Shown one piece after another: positions 1 to 3,752 of a stretch of DNA of 8,311 nt. The stretch lies in the NCBI GenBank assembly GCA_022560555.1, contig JADFSZ010000075.1, forward strand, positions 1 to 8,311. The letters run 5' to 3'. The notes beneath the pieces are model-generated. The model was not told where the DNA came from. It worked only from the letters and a program-made list of their open reading frames with translations, and made no database searches. A program made the position numbers and the translations under genes. The first letter of the stretch is position 1, and each line of letters opens with the position of its first letter. Source of the stretch: PVC group bacterium. GTDB lineage: Bacteria > GCA-001730085 > JADFSZ01.

Positions 1-117
1 GAAGAAGAATCTCTGTTTCGAGTCACTCTTAAAAGTTTGAAGCGCGTAGGAAATGACGGCCCCGGTCTGCTTTATCTTGACCGGGAGATGGGAAAAAGAA
101 CCTCGATTCGGAAATGA
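1..117 (+). CDS. 3' end (last 38 codons) of an unidentified upstream gene, partial
   Basis: Frame 1 is the only + frame open from the window edge, and it ends at TGA 115-117. Frame 2 stops at 38-40 and frame 3 at 30-32. A strong intrinsic terminator follows 30 nt downstream. The peptide EEESLFRVTLKSLKRVGNDGPGLLYLDREMGKRTSIRK has no motif I recognise. Confidence 0.4.
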   Translation, partial: EEESLFRVTLKSLKRVGNDGPGLLYLDREMGKRTSIRK

Positions 118-142
118 TTTGCTGTATTTTTTGTTTTTCTAC

Positions 143-178
143 AAAAAGGGAACTTTCTTCAAAAAGTTCCCTTTTTTT
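143..178 (+). terminator. Rho-independent terminator of the upstream gene
   Basis: A perfect 9-bp stem pairs GGGAACTTT (148-156) with AAAGTTCCC (163-171) around a 6-nt loop (157-162). It is followed by a T7 tract (172-178). A5 (143-147) precedes the stem, so the element is roughly symmetric and could extend by A-U pairs. Confidence 0.75.
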
Positions 179-179
179 C

Positions 180-208
180 TTGACTTTAAGAGGCGCATTC
201 GATAGACT
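180..208 (+). promoter_or_regulatory. Candidate sigma70-type promoter of the Rieske/cyt b operon
   Basis: TTGACT (180-185) is separated by a 17-nt spacer from TAGACT (203-208, TAnnnT). It sits directly after the terminator T-tract and about 70 nt upstream of the first ATG of the operon. This is a sequence match only. Confidence 0.4.
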
Positions 209-280
209 CCTTAGAATTTATATTATACTAGTATCCGGATTTTCAAAGCCAAAATCGCCATAGATTGCCGGATTTAGAGC

Positions 281-1195
281 ATGAACATTATGAATAGTGC
301 TGACAAAGATTTGCAAGAAAACCCCCCGGAGGAAAAAAGCAAACTCGGGGTTATTGTCCATTCATTTTTTATCATTCCGTTTCTCATCGCGGTTTTTTGT
401 GTTTTAATCTTTGCGGGTGTGCGCATCCTTACCAAAGAGCCGCATACTGTCTATGATTATATTGAGGACATAAAGGTCGGCTCCCTCAGCAAAAGGTGGC
501 AGGCGGCGTTTGAATTGTCCAAAATCCTTGTAAACAAAGAGAAAGTTCCGCGCGAGGAAGCGTTTGTAAGAGAAATGATCGCGGCGTTTGAACATGCCAA
601 GCATGATGATGCGCGCATCAGACAGTATCTGGGACTTGCTATGGGGCGCTCGGAAATCAAAGCATTTGTACGTCCGATTGAAGACAGCCTTTCTACGGAA
701 TCCGAAGAGAATCTTCCCTCCCTTATTTATGCTCTCGGCCTGTTGAAATCACGGGACACAGCAACAAGCATTCATGATTTCATAAATCATCCTGATACTC
801 GAATACGGCTTTTATCCGTTATGGCGCTCGGAAATATTCAAAATCCTGAAAGCGTGCCTTTCCTTCAAAAAGCTTTGAATGACACAGAAGTCAATGTCCG
901 GTGGGACGCTGCGATTGCTCTGGCCAAATTCGGGGATGATTCAGGCTATTCGGTGCTAAGAAATCTCCTAGATAGAGATTATTTAGCTCAATTTCCGGAG
1001 GTTGATTCCTATGAAGCCAATGAAGCCATAGTTGTGGCCATTGAAGCATCGATCTTGCTCAATCATCCGCAATTAAACGAAACGATTTACCAATTGAGTG
1101 AAAATGATGAAAATATTCGTGTTCGCCGGGTGGCCCTGAAAGCTGTCAAAATGTCAACGGATAAAGCTTCAACCCAAACGCAAAATTCACTATAA
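281..1195 (+). CDS. Membrane-anchored HEAT-repeat (PBS-lyase HEAT-like) protein, 304 aa
   Basis: There is one N-terminal hydrophobic helix (about res 23-47, GVIVHSFFIIPFLIAVFCVLIFAGV). It is followed by repeated HEAT_2/PBS-lyase-like units, for example IRLLSVMALGNIQNPESVPFLQKALND, VNVRWDAAIALAKFGDDSGYSVLRNLL and IRVRRVALKAV. The start could also be the ATG at 290. The stop lies 6 nt before the Rieske gene. Confidence 0.85.
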   Translation: MNIMNSADKDLQENPPEEKSKLGVIVHSFFIIPFLIAVFCVLIFAGVRILTKEPHTVYDYIEDIKVGSLSKRWQAAFELSKILVNKEKVPREEAFVREMIAAFEHAKHDDARIRQYLGLAMGRSEIKAFVRPIEDSLSTESEENLPSLIYALGLLKSRDTATSIHDFINHPDTRIRLLSVMALGNIQNPESVPFLQKALNDTEVNVRWDAAIALAKFGDDSGYSVLRNLLDRDYLAQFPEVDSYEANEAIVVAIEASILLNHPQLNETIYQLSENDENIRVRRVALKAVKMSTDKASTQTQNSL

Positions 1196-1201
1196 TAAAG
1201 T

Positions 1202-1813
1202 ATGACTATGACCGAAGACGCAATAAATCAAAATCCAAATGAAAATCCGGAAAGTCAAAATAAACCGGAAGTGTCTCCACCGGCATCTCCTGTGGGTGAG
1301 AAAACACCCCCCATAGAAGCCAAGGAGAAGGTCAGTCGTCGATCTTTTCTAACCTCAGCGACTCTGGCATGGGGCGCTTTTGCCGTGGCCACCGCGGGAA
1401 TTTTAACCGGTGCCGGGAGATTCTTTTTCCCCAATGTTCTCTTTGAGCCGCCGCAAACTTTTAAGGCCGGGTATCCCGATGAATATACAATCGGAGAAGT
1501 TTCAGAACGATGGAAAGAAAAATTTGGTGTATGGATTGTTCGTGAAAAGGGAATGATCTACGCTCTTTCAACCGTATGTACCCATCTGGGATGTACGCCC
1601 AACTGGCTTGGCAATGAGAAGAAATTTAAATGCCCTTGTCATGGAAGCGGATTCCGGTCGACAGGGATCAATTTTGAAGGTCCGGCACCTCGGCCCTTGG
1701 AACGCTACCGGATTGTTCTGGCTGATGACGGCCAAATTTTTGTGGATAAAACCAAGAAATATCAACATGAAAAGGGACAATGGAGCGATTCTGAGTCCTT
1801 TATTGCTGTTTAA
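1202..1813 (+). CDS. petC: Rieske [2Fe-2S] iron-sulfur subunit of a cytochrome bc/b6f-type complex (PetC/QcrA equivalent), 203 aa
   Basis: Cluster box I is CTHLGC (res 126-131) and box II is CPCHGS (res 144-149), with the 12-residue spacing typical of b6f/Bacillus-type Rieske proteins. A twin-arginine motif SRRSFL (RR at nt 1337-1342) is followed by the hydrophobic anchor TSATLAWGAFAVATAGILTGAG. Confidence 0.95.
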   Translation: MTMTEDAINQNPNENPESQNKPEVSPPASPVGEKTPPIEAKEKVSRRSFLTSATLAWGAFAVATAGILTGAGRFFFPNVLFEPPQTFKAGYPDEYTIGEVSERWKEKFGVWIVREKGMIYALSTVCTHLGCTPNWLGNEKKFKCPCHGSGFRSTGINFEGPAPRPLERYRIVLADDGQIFVDKTKKYQHEKGQWSDSESFIAV

Positions 1814-1819
1814 GGGGAG
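1814..1819 (+). promoter_or_regulatory. Shine-Dalgarno site for the cytochrome b gene
   Basis: GGGGAG lies 5 nt upstream of ATG 1825 and directly after the Rieske stop codon (TAA 1811-1813). Confidence 0.6.
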
Positions 1820-1824
1820 CGTCA

Positions 1825-2616
1825 ATGGCTGATCCGAAGAAAAAAACGATGTTTCAAAAAATAGCTGAATCCCAATTCCTAAAGTCCATTTTTCGTACGG
1901 GGATCCCGCACACGCGTCGCCAACGCATGATGGCGGTTCTTAATAATGTGTTTCTCCATCTCCACCCGGTTCGCTTACCCAAACATGCCGTCAAAGTGAA
2001 ATACACATGGTGTATGGGGGGCTTGTCCTTTTTTGTTTTTTTGGTTTTGACGGTTACGGGGATTCTTCTCATGTTTTACTACCGTCCTACCGTCGAATAT
2101 GCTTATGGAGACATTATAGATCTTGCCGAGCAAGTGCCCCTGGGAATTATGAGAGAAATTCATCGGTGGGGTGCCCATCTCATGATCATTACTGTTTGGC
2201 TTCATATGTTTCGGGTTTTTATGACAGGATCCTATAAACCGCCGCGGGAATTTAACTGGGTTATAGGGGTTCTCCTTTTGGTACTGACGATGCTTCTGAG
2301 TTTTACAGGGTATCTTTTGCCATGGGACCAGCTCGCTATTTGGGCGATCACAGTCGGATCTAATATGGCAAGAGCAACCCCTTTTCTTGGACACGAGGGG
2401 CCCGGCGCGGCTCTTCTGGCCATAGGGGATATCAATCTTGTTCATGCCGCTAGTGATGTGAGGTTTGCGCTTTTAGGCGGCCGATTTGTCGGTGAAGCCA
2501 CATTACTCAGGTTTTATGTGCTGCATTGTATTGGATTCCCGTTCATTATAATGATCTTTATGGTCGTGCATTTTTGGCGTATCCGAAAAGACGGAGGCAT
2601 ATCCGGGCCAACGTAA
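1825..2616 (+). CDS. petB: Cytochrome b6-like subunit (N-terminal four-helix half of split cytochrome b; PetB/QcrB equivalent), 263 aa
   Basis: It can be aligned by eye with cytochrome b6: WCMGG..TG..MFYYRPT, REIHRWGAHLMIITVWLHMFRVF, PREFNW, TGYLLPWDQ, ATLLRFYVLH..P and a C-terminal RKDGGISGPT. The helix B His pair is H113/H127 (13 residues between). The helix D His pair is H234/H249 (14 between, which is b6-type spacing). Confidence 0.95.
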   Translation: MADPKKKTMFQKIAESQFLKSIFRTGIPHTRRQRMMAVLNNVFLHLHPVRLPKHAVKVKYTWCMGGLSFFVFLVLTVTGILLMFYYRPTVEYAYGDIIDLAEQVPLGIMREIHRWGAHLMIITVWLHMFRVFMTGSYKPPREFNWVIGVLLLVLTMLLSFTGYLLPWDQLAIWAITVGSNMARATPFLGHEGPGAALLAIGDINLVHAASDVRFALLGGRFVGEATLLRFYVLHCIGFPFIIMIFMVVHFWRIRKDGGISGPT

Positions 2617-2618
2617 AT

Positions 2619-3734
2619 ATGGACGCTTTCAAAAGTATAATCAATAGCCTTTCTGAACCCCAGATCATGTTTTCCTTTCTTGTTCTGGTTTTTTTCTTTA
2701 TCTTTCCTCCGAGTGATAAGCTTTACCGGATCCATAAAAAACTCCGATTGGACCTATTGTGGACGAATGTGGGAGGGGTGTTCATTTTTACCGGCCTTTT
2801 TGTGTTTTTTGGTTTGGGCGTGACCGATGAGAATTTTCGACTGATTGTGACAAAGCCCGATAATGTTCCTATTGTGGGCCTGCTCTTTTTGACAATCTTT
2901 TTTCTCTGGCTTAGCATGAAACAGGGCCGCGATAACGATATCCGTTTGGCTGAAGGCCAAAAACCAAACGAATATCATGACCCGGAAGATAAGGTGCTCG
3001 TATGGCCGGATCTTGTCTATATTGAGTTGATCGCCATCGTTCTTTGTTCCATTCTGCTCATGGTGTGGTCCATTTATCTGAAAGCGCCTCTTGAAGGGCC
3101 GGCCAATTTGGCGGACTCCCCGAATCCCTCAAAAGCGCCATGGTATTTCTTGGGTTTGCAAGAGATGCTTGTGTATTTTGATCCCTGGCTCGCAGGTGTT
3201 GTGCTCCCGAGTTTTATCGTTTTGGGTCTGATGGCTATCCCGTATATTGACAGTAATAGAAAAGGACAGGGTTACTATACGTTTAACGAAAGAAAGACAG
3301 AGATATCCTTATTCCTGTTTGGATGGCTCCTTTTATGGGTCTTTCTGATCTTTGTCGGTACATTTTTACGCGGCCCCAACTGGAACTTTTTCGGTCCGTT
3401 TGAAGAATGGAGCCTCAGTAAAGTTGTTCCCTTGACTAATATAAATCTGTCAGAACTCGTCTACGTCAGATGGCTTAAAACGGGATTACCGGACAATATT
3501 TTTCTGAGGGAATTTTTCGGAATTTCATTCGTTGTAGGATATTATTTGATACTGCCTCCGCTCTTGGCTAGAACTATTTTGAAAAAATTCTATTCGAAGA
3601 TGGGGATATTTGCCTTTAGTATGTTCGTGATCTTGCTCCTGACATCCGTGACGCTCCCGATTAAAATGTACCTTCGATGGACCTTGAATCTTAAATATAT
3701 CGTGGCCATTCCCGAATTTTTCTTTAACATTTAG
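2619..3734 (+). CDS. petD: Extended subunit-IV-like protein (C-terminal half of split cytochrome b; PetD-like core with extra helices), 371 aa from ATG 2619
   Basis: The core matches subunit IV/helices E-G: VWPDLVYIELIAIVL..., the Qo-loop motif SKAPWYFLGLQEML (equivalent to PEWY) and LPSFIVLGLMAIPYID. About 8 hydrophobic helices are visible by eye. I prefer the start at ATG 2619, 2 nt after the cyt b stop. The tracked start at 2526 would overlap the cyt b 3' end by 91 nt, and ATG 2667 is an alternative. Confidence 0.85.
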   Translation: MDAFKSIINSLSEPQIMFSFLVLVFFFIFPPSDKLYRIHKKLRLDLLWTNVGGVFIFTGLFVFFGLGVTDENFRLIVTKPDNVPIVGLLFLTIFFLWLSMKQGRDNDIRLAEGQKPNEYHDPEDKVLVWPDLVYIELIAIVLCSILLMVWSIYLKAPLEGPANLADSPNPSKAPWYFLGLQEMLVYFDPWLAGVVLPSFIVLGLMAIPYIDSNRKGQGYYTFNERKTEISLFLFGWLLLWVFLIFVGTFLRGPNWNFFGPFEEWSLSKVVPLTNINLSELVYVRWLKTGLPDNIFLREFFGISFVVGYYLILPPLLARTILKKFYSKMGIFAFSMFVILLLTSVTLPIKMYLRWTLNLKYIVAIPEFFFNI

Positions 3735-3752
3735 GACTTTGAAAGAACGCCT

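Noticed and set aside
61-85. A 7-bp inverted repeat, CCCGGTC (61-67) and GACCGGG (79-85)
   Set aside because: It lies inside the open reading frame of the upstream gene, has no T-tract, and is followed by a far better terminator at 143-178. It is probably coincidental.
1975-2445. A 156-aa minus-strand ORF, plus other antisense or alternate-frame ORFs (404-660, 1568-1832, 1854-2072, 2007-2237, 2232-2435, 2514-2978, 3910-4179, 4284-4604, 4573-5423, 5623-6077, 6366-6624, 6833-7178)
   Set aside because: All are nested within or antisense to genes with strong family signatures. They have compositionally odd translations (Arg/Lys/Ser/Pro-rich) and no recognisable motifs or start contexts, so they are typical shadow ORFs.
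2526-2618. Upstream extension of the subunit-IV-like ORF (tracked start at 2526)
   Set aside because: It would overlap the conserved C-terminus of the cytochrome b gene by 91 nt in another frame, and the extra peptide (MYWIPVHYNDLYGRAF…) looks non-native. ATG 2619, 2 nt after the cyt b stop, gives classic translational coupling.
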